Source: Marsupella aquatica
Taxonomy: Eukaryota; Plantae; Marchantiophyta
Assembly: GCA_973895155.1 (NCBI GenBank)
Contig: OZ316892.1
Coordinates: 20,833,619 to 20,897,618, forward strand
Reading direction: 5' to 3'
DNA: 64,000 nucleotides
In this document: positions 25,208-37,995 of the stretch, in pieces
Layout of the letters: each line of letters begins with the position of its first letter
Numbering within the stretch: position 1 is the first letter of the stretch
The notes under the pieces: generated by a model
Seen by the model: only the letters and a program-made list of their open reading frames with translations
Database searches by the model: none
Told to the model about the DNA's origin: nothing
Position numbers and translations under genes: made by a program

Positions 25208-28200
25208 GTGACTATGGAACCTGGGCTGTGGCCGGAGGTAAGGACGCCGGGGGAGAGAACACGATTAGGGTTAGGTTGTGCTAAGCATCGGCGGCTAGGG
25301 GTAACCAACGGGAGGAAAGACCAGAGGAGGAGAGGGGTAAGGACCGCTCGCGAGGAATGGTGGCTCATTTGCAAGCACGAATTGAGCAGACGACTGCGGA
25401 AGGCCAACTACTGTCGGCTACTTAGGCAGGCACTCTGGGCGGGAGCAAATACCAATGATCGAGTCAAGGAGGGTATGAGCAACGTCAATCAAGCGACACA
25501 TTTTTGGGGATGCCTGTTTGAACGGGCAACTAAGTACATTAGGACTTACAAGGATGAAGAATCGAAGAGAGCAGCTCGAGAACAGCAGGAGCTCGCTCGA
25601 CTGTGGGAGCTGCAAAAGTCTGCCTTCTTAGGAGGAGAACTCATCAAGGCCGAGTTCTTGTGGACTCCTACTGCCAATCAGCTCGATGACCTTATGTTTT
25701 GCGAAGAAAGAATCGTCAGCATTCGGGAAGCCATCAACCGCTGCAACGACACACACTAGGAGTTGAAGGGTAGCACGGAGGGGTGGACAAAGGCAACTGT
25801 GCTAGGAGAAACATCCACAGCAGCCGAGATGAAGAGGAAAGGAAACAACAACGAAGAGGCCACCCCGACAAAAAGAACGAGGTCGGCGGCACCAAGGAAG
25901 CCAACAGAGCAGCAGAACGGGAGGTAGGGAGAAGCCAAAGAGGAGGAGGTCTATCCCATCAATGTCATGAATCCAACAAAGGATGACATCTGGAAAGGCT
26001 AGGCGGCGACCCTACCAGAGGAAGTGCAATTATATTTTGCACGAGAGGAGGATGCATACTTTACGGTCATGCAAACCAAGAAGTACCAGGGCTTCATGGC
26101 CGGATCCGGCTTGGAAGCCTTTGTAAGATTACCATGGCTAAAGCCGGAGGTGCCGGACTCAGACTTATTAGAATTTGTGGGATCATGGGAACCCGAGACC
26201 AATTCCACTAGGGTGTATGGGAAGGATTTCTATCTCACTCCCTGGATGATTGCCGAGGTGTTTGGCTTGCCGATGGGTAATAAGACCAAGGTTGATACCA
26301 GGAAGACCTTACCTGACAAGGGGTTCCTGTCGTTCCCAGGACCATCAACGAAGAATGGCTTCTTCCGGAACACCTGCACCAACCCGCACATCGAAGAGAT
26401 GATCGATTTCTTGCGGGTGACCATGCATTATAACTTGCCAAGGGCAGAGATCGGCAAGGCTCAGGTCTACCTGGAACAAAGGCCAGACCCAAGCCGGGAT
26501 TACAACGGGTACCTCCTCAACCAACTGAAGAAGATCTTGAAGGAGGAATAGCAGGTGATTGGCATGGGAAGCATGTCCCGGCTTGGCTATCACATGCCGC
26601 TGTTGTGCCGGTATGCCAGAAGTCAAATCTTTGCCCCAGTACTTCCCCTATCGGCAAGGGCACCGGAGGAGGTTCTGGAGTAGAGGCCGGCAGCAAAAGA
26701 GCCCAACCAGCCTGCCAGTCCTACAATCGAGCAGATGTTTCGGCCAAGGAAAGAAGACTTGCCGATACAACAATCAGGCATGCATAATCTGCTAAAATTG
26801 CTGGAGAAGGAGAGAACGGCACCGGCAACGGCAACGGCACTAGTACAGGACACTGCCCCAGAGGCCGGCTTAAGCCGACTCAGGAGGGAAAACCCCTTTA
26901 TCGGAGCCAAGGAGAGAAGGAGGTCGGAACACAAGTCGGGAGTTTGAATGTATGTGGGAGCTTCAAGCCCCGAATCGGAGGCAGAGTAGCCTAAGGCTCC
27001 TTTCCGCGGAAAGCAAAGGGAGAGGACAGCCTTAAAACCAGAGGAGGAACAAGAGCCCATGATCTGTGAGGCCATTTTCATAGTAGGACTAGGGGAACAG
27101 AGGGGAAAGCCGGGAGTCCAAGCAGTGGAGGAGGCGGTGGAGGACTACAGCAATGATAACTTCAGCTATGGGTCGGATCATCATGTTCCAGGAGTAAGGA
27201 CCTGTGGCCGATTTATCCCCACGCTTCCAAGAGTAGTTCGAGGGGACCCTACCCAGCAGAATAGCCCCGAGTCTCCCCACTAGAGGTTGCTCCCCCAAGC
27301 TTTGACGGCATAAAGCAGACGGCACAAGAATTTCAGGAGCGACTTAGGGAGGAAGAGAAAGCAACCCTGGCTAGGGAGAAAGATTTACCAGGAGGAGATT
27401 GGCCGAAGGACATCAGGCGGCTTGCCGAAAAAAGAAGCAACCCTCTTGCCACCGTAGAAGAAATCCGCAAGGCGGCTTGGGAACAGAGGCCAAGGTGGTT
27501 GATGCTGATGACTTCTACTTACTCCACCTATGCTAAAGATAGAGCCATGGAGTACGGGGAGATGTGTGGGGACCTGGCGCTCAACATCTTTGGGGAGGAG
27601 TTGGAGCAGGGACCTTTTTTTCAGAGGGAGATGTTGGAGAAGCACCGATTAGAAGAAGCGGTGGCTTTGGAGAGAAGCAAGAAGGACGAGGTCATCCGAT
27701 GGCTTAGGGAGATGGAAGCCGAGGTGGAAGACCTGCAGGCGGCCAAGAAAGCCCAAGATGAGCTGCGGATTAAGCGGCATGAGCTAAACATTATGCAAGG
27801 ACAATTGGATGCCGCTTAGTCTGGCAATCAAATTATCAAAGATAAACTGACTCGGACCCAAGGAGAGTTGGCCGGCGCGGTCAAGGACAGGGAAAAGTGG
27901 AAGTAGGAGCTGAGGGACGCAGAGGAGGCCCACATAGCCGCCAACAACCGGGCCATGGCAAAGACTCAGAGAAAGGAGAGGGCATTGAAAGGAGAGCTCG
28001 AGGATATCCGCGGAGCCCTTGAGCAGAAGGAAGCCGAGTTAGAGAAATCATATCAAGGGATTATTGCGCTGCAGCAGGAGCTTGCGTCCCTGACGGCCAG
28101 CTTCAAGGTCGACCTGCATGAGAAGGACAACCAGCTTGACCAGACTTATGCCAAAATGAATAAAATGGAGTCTGAGGTCGTAGCGGAGCTCGACAAGGAG

Positions 28201-28920
28201 CTAAGAGCAACCCAGGAGGAGAGGGCTACCTTAAAATTGGAATTGGAAGAAGCCAGAAAGGAGCTGCAGGAGGGACGGAAGGACCTGGAGGAAGCCCAAG
28301 AGGAGTTGGAGGAAACCAACAGGAAGATGGAGAACTTACAACGGCGGGCCGACAACCAAACGGAGCGGCTGAAGAAATAGGCCGCAGTGTTTAAGTGCTT
28401 AGCTTCATCTGGTCCAACTCCAATTGTGGGAACTCCGTTACCAGGAGGGGTACTGGCCGAAAGACAAGCCGAGACACACGCCCCGGTGCCGGAGGTAGGT
28501 AGCAAGGGGAAGGGACCAGCTACCGAAACAGGGAAGAAAAAGAAGCGGAAACCTTCTGGGTCTGTGAGTTATACGACTTACCAAGCCATTGTGACCCAGG
28601 AGGTCAACCCGGCACCAACCTCCGGCATGATCATGGTAGTAGATCCACTTGTTGAAGAAGGTGGGGATGGCAAGGCCGAGGCTGGGATAGCTATTGATGA
28701 AGCCGAGGTACCGGATCCTCCACTAGAACATGCCGGGGAGGCCGAAGCCGTATCAAAGGCCGTGACCGATGCTGGGGCCGAAGCCGAGGGTGGACCCAGT
28801 CAAGCCGATGAAGAGTTGACTCGGTCCGGGGCAGGTAATCTGTCAGAGGTTGGACCGACGGCAGTGGCTGCGGGGGAAATGTTGGGGGCGTCCATTGAGG
28901 GTCTGCCACCGGTGTTGTGA
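25208..28920 (+). pseudogene. Decayed long accessory ORF (plant-mobile-domain-like N-part plus coiled coil), probably retrotransposon-derived
   Basis: ORFs 25208, 26024 and 26735 share one frame; 27499, 27955 and 28387 share another; isolated stops separate them. EFVGSWEPETNSTRVYG..LTPWMIAEVFGLP resembles PMD/plant-transposon domains. E/K-rich heptads at 27500-28380. Antisense to the nearby PBS. Confidence 0.65.
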
Positions 28921-31054
28921 CGGTGCAAGGGCGCCGTTCCTTTCAAGAAGGGCGGACGTGGAGGTAGGAGGCATGAGTGGGCAGCGTGGGCTCAGATCTC
29001 CAAGTTTAGGATTTGGATCAAGACCAGGAGACGGCCTTGACACTTAGATTAGTGGGATGGCGGATCCACTGGTAGGAGCAACACTTGTGCTCCTACCTCG
29101 CTGTACAGTTAGGTAGATTACAGGTAGGATAGATTAAGCTTACACAACGAAGTTCTGGATAGATCCGCTGCCAGGATAAATACCTGGGCAGCGGGGAGTC
29201 CAGGGCCTCTTCTTTAACAAGTTTTTAGTTGCACCAGCAGGGCTGGGATCAAGTAATAAGAGAAGCTCTCGGTTAGTTATACAGTGACCCTTGTGTATAT
29301 TCATGTTTCCTCATGCCTAAGAACTGAATAGAGTTGGCCTCATGGCTTAGTTCGCAGAGCTTGTGTATGAGATGTACTGTTTGTATGGCAAGTGCATGGT
29401 ATAACTCAGTCAAAAGGAGTCATTTTGCTATTTGTGTGTCGCATTAACTTGTGTGAAGAGAGCCCACATCAATGAAGGGAAATAGCAAGGGAGTGAGAGT
29501 TGGATGTGTCGAGCTGAGAGAGGTCTTAGCGGCTTAACCAAGCCAATTGGGGATCATTTCGGCGGCGGAATCCAAACATACCTAATTAATGGAAGACCAG
29601 GAGAGGGATACAAGGGAAGGACTAGAATAGGTCGGCTAAGTATCTCATGACCAGATGAAGGATCTATCCAGTATATATGTGTAAAATGTTAATAGTAGTT
29701 GAAGGAGAGTTAGCAGCGTCCCATGCCGCTAAGCCACGGAAACGGCCTCGCCAAGGACAAAACCTGCAGGAATTGGCTTGAGCAAGGGGGTTTTCTTGGG
29801 TTTGGGGAGCCATGGGACGCACCGCATGGAGCAACAACATTTCAGAGACTTCAGCGTGCTATTTTGGACTTTTCTGGAGACCTCATCATGTCTTTGAAGT
29901 CTTTTTGTATTTCGGAGGAGTAATTAGAGTGCTATAGTATGTAGCAGACTGTTGTATTCCAGTGATGGTATGAAATCCACACTGAACTGGATGTTGTTTC
30001 AAGCTCAAACTTTATACAGTAAAGTACTTGATCAATACAGTGTTGTTGTCTCAACACAAGCTTCTGTATATGTGTTGAGTCCTCAATTCTTGTCTATGGA
30101 TGCGCCTCTGATCAATATGTTACTTCAGTTGTACCTTTCTGACACTTAAGTCTCTGGGCATGAAGACCACAACTGTTCAAGAGAAGCTTGGAAGTTCCTT
30201 CAATAGGTGGTCTAGATGATATATTTTAGTTGAGGAATATCTTGATTGACATGTGAGTAAACCTGTGTTCTTTGCACTAAATCCTCGAGGAGACAAATGG
30301 GCACCAGAGGTTTTGTAACTTGGAAGGCAGCTATACAGTGGGAAGAAGTTGGCTGGAAGTGACAAGTGTGGATTGGTATATACTTGCAAAAATCTTGAAT
30401 GTACAAAAATAGCGCCCTGCAATTAGGTGTGTAATCCAAGGGATTATTGTGAGTTGATACTTTTGTAGAGTACACCTGACAACAGAAAGTTTGAGACCAC
30501 ATATGGATGTCCCGTATTATTGTCATTCAAGTGTGACATAAATAGAGACTTAATAACTGTTTCTATCTGAACAATTGCTTTGTGCATGATTCAGATATGC
30601 TTACAGAAAGGTACAACCACACGCAAGGAAATCAAGGCACATCATGTCCACAAGGCCCTTGAAGAAATGAGAAGGAAAAATTCCTTAAGTGATGAAATGC
30701 AGATCCATTAACATGAAATATTACAAACATGATTATCTTGTGAGCCGAGTGCCAAAAGTGGCACTCGGTCTACCATCTAGAGTATGTCACTCAGTCTCTA
30801 CCATCTAGAGTATGTCATCTAGAGTGTCCCTTAGTCTAGACATGATGTAGTCCTGCCCGAAGTATCTTGAAGGTTTAGTCTGTGTTCAAAACGCAAAACA
30901 CCAGTACAAATTGTATAAGTACCTGATTGCAAATTTACAAAGGCCCAACTACCTAAAAAAATAGAACGCATTCATACAAGCAGCTCAAAGAATTCTCATA
31001 TAAGCATTGTCGCTAGTTATCTGGCCACATATATCTCCCAGACCCTTAATACAC

Positions 31055-31455
31055 AAGGACACAGTCTAGTTTATACATTGGGAGAGTCCTTTGTGAAGTC
31101 CATGTAAAAGGATATAGGACATGGTCCTTTCTGCGGTTAAGGACTGTGTCATTAACTAAGGAACTAGTCCTTTACCATGACTTGCACCAAGGACATAGTC
31201 CTTGAATATGTCCTTAGTCAAGGATCTAGTCTTTGAATGTGTCCTTCACGAAGGACATAGTCCTTCACAAATCCTTTTTAGTCCTTTTGAAAGGACATGG
31301 TCCTTTCCATGGTCCTTTCCAATATGACTCTGTCCTTGTCCAAGGACACAGTCCTAGTCCTTGTAAAATGACCGAGTCCTAGACATGCCATCAAACCAAA
31401 AGGAGTCGCTATGTAGAGGAGTCCTTACTAACAGCAAGGACACCTTGGACATGTC
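31055..31455. repeat. Array of short AGGAC-n-GTCCT palindromes
   Basis: AAGGACATAGTCCTT, AGGACATGGTCCT, AAGGACACAGTCCT and variants, more than ten copies. Related motifs occur at 34710-34875 on the other side of the transposase. Confidence 0.8.
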
Positions 31456-31619
31456 TTTACATAAGAACATAATCCTTACACATGGACGCACTAAGGATGG
31501 GTTACGGGCAAAGCTCAATGACATTGTATTGCACTGCATGGTTAAGGTAGTGCATGGAAGTGTTGATGTAGATTGCAAGGAAAGTAGGAAGTTGGGCAAT
31601 TCAGAAATTTACCTCAATA

Positions 31620-34334
31620 GACGATTCTCTCATGACCGCAAAGAATCTGTAATTGCTGCAAGTGTGTCTTTGTCCAATTTGAACTTTCTGCTACCACCCT
31701 TCCGTCCTTGGGTATCACATGGGCTTAGCCCAAATCGAATGTGAATTACTGACTTTGCAAGACTAAAAGCTCATATGAAACTAAATAATGAGAACAACAC
31801 AGTGAATTCAAATATTGGAGGTAGAGTTCCACACTTACAGCTACACCCTTTCCATGTCCTGAAGCATGGAAAAACCATTTCATCCGTGCACCAAATCTCT
31901 TGTAATACCTTGAGACGTAGTAGAAAGGTCTAAAAGCCTTAAATTGTGAGGCAGCTCCATCGGACCAAACGCAATGCTGAGTGAATTCAATTCCCTCTTG
32001 CTTCATCCAATGGTAATGAGCATCCATGCAATGCTGCACAAACAAGGTGTCATGAGTATTATCATCACTGATATAGAAATGATAGTCGGCGATGATATCT
32101 CTGTCACCAGCTTCACTCTGTGCCATACTCACTGTCCGTCCCACTGCAGCCTCCATAGATTGGTGCACATCTTCTTGATGTCTATAGGTCACATGGATCA
32201 ACAAAGTAATCTGTTTGTTGTCCCAATGTTGCGATTGAATCTCATTTTGCATCTTGAAAGTGTAATTTTCAGAGAAGTCAATTGAAGACACTATGGTTCC
32301 TCTTGGGAACGTCTTCAAACACAATCTAAACTGGTCACTTTGCCAGCAAGCTCTAAAATCATGAACAACAAATGACTTCATTCTGGCTTCGACCACGTTC
32401 CTGAAATCACTTACAGACGTAGTCTTATACACCATCCTCAAGCGTTTAGACTTTTTTTGTGAACTCTCATCACTTCCCTGCTTCTGTGCTTTCTTCATTT
32501 GTAAGTTGTCATCTAACTCCTGATATTCAAAACTCTGCCAACTAATAGTTAGTTGTTGTGTGGAATCCAACTCCCATGGACACCAGTCCAGATTCAGCGT
32601 TCCACAATCTACAGAAACTCCCATAATACAGTCCTTCTTGTGCCATACCTGCCCCTCGGTTTTCTTACACAGCGCACCTTCCATCCAACCTCGAACAGAG
32701 GTAATGTGTGTCCTTGAAGCTACACAAGAAACACCTAATGGAATGGCCACTGATTTACAAGTACAACACTGACAACTACACTGAGAGGGGTGATGAAACT
32801 TCCTGAATTTGTTTAGTGCCTCTTTCAGGAGGTCCATTTCAACTTGCTGCTTGCAGCAGCATACATTTCGATCCTTCATGGTTCGAATGTAAAACGGTTT
32901 CAGATAATTGAAGGACCGCAGGCCTATAGAAACAGCATTGTTCTCAGCCTTGCACCAATGTTGGAACTTGAAGAAAAATTCAACCTGTAAGTAGACATCA
33001 ACAGGGTGTTAATAGATTACCCAAATTCAGGCTCTCAAATTTGTATCGTTGGCTACAACTGAAGACGGGACTAAAGAATGCAGAAAATTTTAAGAACTCT
33101 CAAAGAAATTGAAGTAGCCAATGTGAGGATATCCTTCCTTTGTATCCTCAAGCCAATGTACTTTATGTTCCTCATGTTGATTTGGTCCAAGTCGCTTTCT
33201 AGCTATCTCTTTCTTGCCTGGTGAGATTCTAGTGTATGTGCTCCAAAATAGTTCAACAATCTTGCGCACCTTTGCACTAATCTTGTCACTCCTGGTTTTC
33301 CTTTCCCCCATTGGGTATTTTATACATTGGTTCTCATCTATCTGCTTCCGCATGTTTGATGCTTTTTGAATGTTGTGTCTCTTGATACCAAAAGCCTTAG
33401 CTAAAGAGGACTGATATCGCTTGCCAACCGTGGACTGTCCGACCATAGCTACCAACACTGAATGCTTTACAGCCAAGTGATCTTTCTTTTTACCCCACTT
33501 CACAATTTGCAAGGTCTGCCTAAGGTCAGTTATAGCAGCTCCTACAGATGCATCTAACTTAGGGGTCCCAAGAGCTGCAGGATGATATTCTCTCAATGAA
33601 GAATGCAACCAAAATCGCTCTAGGACTACCTTCCTTGCGGATAAGTTGAAATCTCTCATTTTTTTGAATAAGACTGAAGTTACCTCGGAGACCACTGAAT
33701 CAACCACTCGTCTCGTTCTATTGGGCGTTTCCTCAGCAAGATGACTAGACAAACTTAAACTTCTCATCCTCCAAAGTCTCCAATATGCAGCTCGTTTTCT
33801 AGCAGCATCTTTCTCCCTGAATTCTCTGGCCAAATGAGGGTCCTCTTGCATGCTTTGTAGACAGTGAGCTCCTTGACCTAATCGCACACGCAGTACTTCG
33901 AGGGCGGCTTGCTTTTGCCCTATCCTAGAGCGCAAGCGTGACAATGTTTCTTTGCCTTCAGCACAATCATTCTCGATGTTGTGCAGCTTCAACACAGCTT
34001 GAGCGGTTGCCTCTCCATGTAAGCGAAGCGCCTCATTCCTAGCAGCAGTTAATAATACCTCACTTTGCTGTTGAGCATGAAGAAGCAATTGATCAGCTTG
34101 CTGCTGAGCATGAAGAAGCAACTGATCAGCTTGTTGCTTGGCATCAAAATCAGGCCCGTACTATTGCCATCTTCCGGTTGAATGCCTCTATTCAATTGCT
34201 CAGTGTTGACCTCTTGGCACTGCCCGATAGGCTTGTCATACCATGACTTTTGCCTTTGAAAATTGTGCCGTTCTTTTTTTTTTCTCTTCTTGGGATTTAT
34301 CTTGGCGCCCCGCTTGGCGCCGCACTGGTGGCAT
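31620..34334 (-). pseudogene. Sola-like (Sola2-type) DDD transposase, spliced, internally deleted
   Basis: F..LKPFYIR..CCC, DFSENY..QNEIQSQHW..QIT, FYISDD..HD, WSDGAASQFK, FFHASGHGKG. The expected following DGxG segment is absent; 5' part (33090-34334) has frameshift/stop. Confidence 0.8.
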
Positions 34335-34914
34335 CTTGCTAAAATTGATGGCAGCTCCTACAACACGATGAGCTTTTGAACATGAGTTCAAAAAAATATT
34401 TCATAAGTTAAAGAGGCCATGATCCAAGTTAAATGAGGCTCTAGATGGCAAAAATTCATGTGGGAACACCCGCACTCAGGCAAACAAAAAATGGAGTCTA
34501 ACAACATTGAGATGTCGTGCGGCTTACCCTTTACCAACGAGGTGAACACCCTACATTGCACAAGACGGTCGCCAAGCTTTTTGCTAGTTCTATGGATGAT
34601 CTTTAGAATTTGTCGAATCCGCTTGAGGCCAGAAGCTCTCTGGTAAAACTCCTGAAGCAAACTCGCAAAACATTACCGCAGACAGTCGACAGCCCTTCAA
34701 TTCCCTGGCTTCAAGGACATGGGTCCCTGCCTCTTCCGTAGAGTCCTAGCTGAGCCTAGCTAGGACTCCTTAGTCTACGCATAATTAAGTATTTTGAAAT
34801 TCAAATCGCTACTTAAGTCCTGTTTCATTGGTATTCATTACCACTTGGACTTCCTTTTAAGTCCTTTTGTCCTTAACCATTGAATCATTAATGGACGCTA
34901 CTCCTAATCAAACC

Positions 34915-35209
34915 CCCTGGGAATCACTCGTTGGATTATTAGAACGGGGTGCGAACAAATGAAGGTTCTTTTTAATCTTGTTGGTGTAATAATTATAATC
35001 AAAATTTTGTACTAAAGGTGTTTAAAAATCTAATTTTGGTAAAAATATTAGTTTTTATATTCAGCAAGGTATTTAAAAATTTGTCAAAGCCATATAATCA
35101 AGGGTACAAGGGTATTTTTAATTGAATTTATTTTTTAATTTATTTTTTCAAATTTCATTGGTTTGTTCTCACGTGTTTTAGGGGTTTTACTCTAAGTGAT
35201 TCCCCAGGG
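34915..35209. mobile_element. 295-bp MITE with 8-bp TSD (hAT-like)
   Basis: TIRs CCCTGGG(G)AATCACT; ATCAAACC at 34907-34914 and 35210-35217; AT-rich core. Confidence 0.88.
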
Positions 35210-35624
35210 ATCAAACCTCCTGGCACGCTTCCAAATGGACTACTGGAGGTGAGGGGAAGACCCCACCTTCCATTCTCAATAAAGCAATCCAGGCCATTCG
35301 GTGTAACACCTTGTCCATCCCTTGAAAAAAGGGAAGGACTGGAATCCTTTTGGTGGAGATTTTGGATATCCTTTTTGCCCCCCTCAAGCTTGCAATTGAC
35401 CTACTTCAAATTAGTTTTCACTATTCCCTAAGTAGATAGATAAAATGATCAAATGTTTTGTGGCGCTTGCTGTACCATTCCTGCAAAAGCTAGTGAAACC
35501 CCAAGATGAAGGTCATCTAAAAAATTTCAAAAATCAATTTTCTTCAAATTTCCATACTAGGTAAGACAATTTTTAAATCTAGATAGTATCATAGAAAATC
35601 TCAGCCCAAAGGATTTGAAACCAA

Positions 35625-35745
35625 CTGGCTTTGACGGCCAGTTGGCCAAAAGATGAGCCTAGAACCAAGAGGTCCCAGGTTCAATATTCCCCTTCACATG
35701 CAAGGGGTGTGGAGTGTGTGTGTGTGTGTGGGTGGGGTGTAGTGG
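35625..35745 (+). mobile_element. Possible tRNA-derived SINE remnant with (GT)n tract
   Basis: GGCCAGTTGG...CCAAGAGGTCCCAGGTTCAAT resembles A/B boxes, followed by (GT)n. No full cloverleaf. Confidence 0.35.
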
Positions 35746-36270
35746 TGGGAGTATTGATTATCCCTTCAGCCCCAGGCTCACCGCTTCGGGGTTCTAGTTT
35801 AATCCTCTCTTCCTCTTGATTTGGGTCCATGTGGGATCCCTAGGTATTGTCCCCTTGTGGCTACCCTACATAGAAATGCATGCTCTAGAGCAGGATGTCT
35901 ATACTCTTTTGGATAGGCCTGCTTTCGGTTTTCAAGGAAAGCAAACAACAAATTAAAGTATGGCAGAAAAAATCTTTTGATGCATCTTAATAAGCTGATG
36001 ACCTTAATAGCATTTAATAAAAATAACATAATAACTATTGACTTGGGATCAGGATTGACTATGGGGGTCACCATATGGAGGGCCATACATCATGTGCAAC
36101 GTTTTAGGGTTTGACCCAGGCTCTAACTTATAAGTGAAATGTTTTTTTGCAAACCCTTTAATTTTTTTTTTTGTCATTTTTACTAAAAAACCCCCAAAAC
36201 TTTAAAGAAAGTAATTTTTATAATTAAATAAGCCTATGTGTTGTTAAAGTTGACCAGTCAATAAAACATG

Positions 36271-36828
36271 CCCTATGTGTTTTTCCACCAAACTTTGGAA
36301 GTCTTCCGCCACACCCATTTAAATGGGCCTATACTTTGTTGCACATGATGTGCCACTTCCGTGGAAGTGACCCCCCCCCCCCGAGGACTGACTATTGTTC
36401 AAATTTATCATCAATGTAAAGTGCACACATGTCCATCACGTACTATTAGTCATGAACATCCAATTGATCTCGTGCATCATCTAAGAAATCCGATGGCATG
36501 CACACACTTTTTCTTGAGACCACTGTGCACCGTTGTCCATCATCTTCTTTGTTAGTCAATGATCCATCCAAGAATCCATCAAGTGTGTCAATAGAGGGTC
36601 AAGCAACGAGATCATTTAAGGGCTATAGTTAGTTGTTATTTTTCACGTAAATTGAAAGTAAAGAAAGTATCCTGAAGATATAATAATTTTTAAAATGGTA
36701 CAATTGGTTACTATTTTGCCCTTGCTCTTTCAGATTTATAAGTGCCACATCAGGTGTGACAAAGTATAGATCATTTAGATGGTCTTTAAGAAAAACTTCC
36801 AAAGTTTTGTGGAAGAACAATTATAGGG
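36271..36828. mobile_element. Old element with ~90-bp imperfect terminal inverted repeats
   Basis: 36271-36358 is the approximate reverse complement of 36740-36828 (TTCCAC.AAACTTTGGAAGT...CTATACTTTGT...GATGTG.CACTT). No clear TSD. Confidence 0.7.
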
Positions 36829-36944
36829 ACCATTAAATCTTTAAAAAACAATAAGCCCTCATTAAACAAGGTGCCTCCCAATTCCAATATTCAGTTTGAA
36901 TATTTTGGAGTTTAAATTTTGGAGTTTCAGGCAAAGGTTAAAAT

Positions 36945-37860
36945 TTAGAGCTTGATGCCATAACAAGATTAGTGAAAGACAATGTTGTTAGAGCTTGATG
37001 CCATAACAAGATTAGAGAAGGACAATGTTATCTAGGAGTATTGTCGTTAGACCTTGGAGTGCGTTGTGTAGGTCTTAGAGGAGAGTGTTTTTTGGTCATG
37101 GAACCTACCTCTGACAACTTCTTTTGCACTTTATGTTTGTACTCTTTGGACCTCATCTGCTTATTTTTCATTTTACTATGTTTAGCCCTTCTTGTATTTG
37201 TTTAGCCCTTCTTGTACATAGGCTTGCAGGAGTGTGGTTTTTGAGTAGGTGTCCCACATTTGGGATCCTTTGTCACGATCCTTTTCAATCTGGCACTAGT
37301 GTACATTTAGTCAAAGTCCTTTATGCGATGCGGTCTAAACAGACACGAATGATGATGCCGCGAGAATCACGGGTTGCTGTATATAGACTTGTAGGAGTGT
37401 TGTTTTTTAGTAGGTGTCCCATTGGTATCCTGTACCACATGATCCTTTTCAATCTGGCACTGTTGTACATTTAGTTCAAGTACTTTATGCCATGCGGTCT
37501 AAAACAGAAACGAATGATTCTGCAGCTGGATTCACGGGTTGTTAGATCCTCCTCCTCCCCAACGCACATTCCATTCCTCTGTACCGTCGTTTCTTCAATC
37601 CGGGCATCGACTGAGTAAGGTACACCACAGACGGGTACATTTCGACAGACACTGTCCTACTTGGGAATCTGAAGAAACAGGTTCTGTCTATTTCTCGCCT
37701 ACAAAACTCCAAAAAATGCACAAAACTCCAAAACGCAGCGTCTCGGCTGGGATGTGGGTCCATGCTAGGGAGGCCTATCTGCCCCAGCTCCTTGATTTGT
37801 AAATGCGCGTCTTGGCTCGTATGTGGGTCCATGCTGGGGAGGACTATCTGCCCCAGCTTG
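36945..37860. repeat. Three separate tandem duplications upstream of CYP701 (~43, ~164 and ~68 bp units)
   Basis: TTAGAGCTTGATGCCATAACAAGATTAG x2 (36945-37030); ATAG.CTTG.AGGAGTGT... x2 (37219-37540); GCGTCT.GGCT..ATGTGGGTCCATGCT... x2 (37738-37858). Confidence 0.85.
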
Positions 37861-37995
37861 ATTGTACATGCACGTTACCATGCTGGAGGTGCAGTATTAG
37901 TAGTCACAGAAATCAAATGCCAATAGCAATTTGTACCAAGTGAATGAATGCTCAACTAAACTAGCTGTCGGGAAAAAAAACTCCTTCTGCTCAAC

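Noticed and set aside
25757-28380. Alternative genetic code (TAG = Gln) or programmed readthrough
   Set aside because: The intact CYP701 has no internal TAG and ends with TAG; TAA/TGA stops and frameshifts also occur in the TE ORFs, so mutational decay is simpler.
29840-30530. Missing N-terminal half of the methyltransferase
   Set aside because: The minus-strand frames I translated show no DPPY/SPPY-like motif and contain many stops.
35625-35745. Functional tRNA gene (also 17359-17600)
   Set aside because: Only partial A/B boxes; acceptor and anticodon stems cannot be formed.
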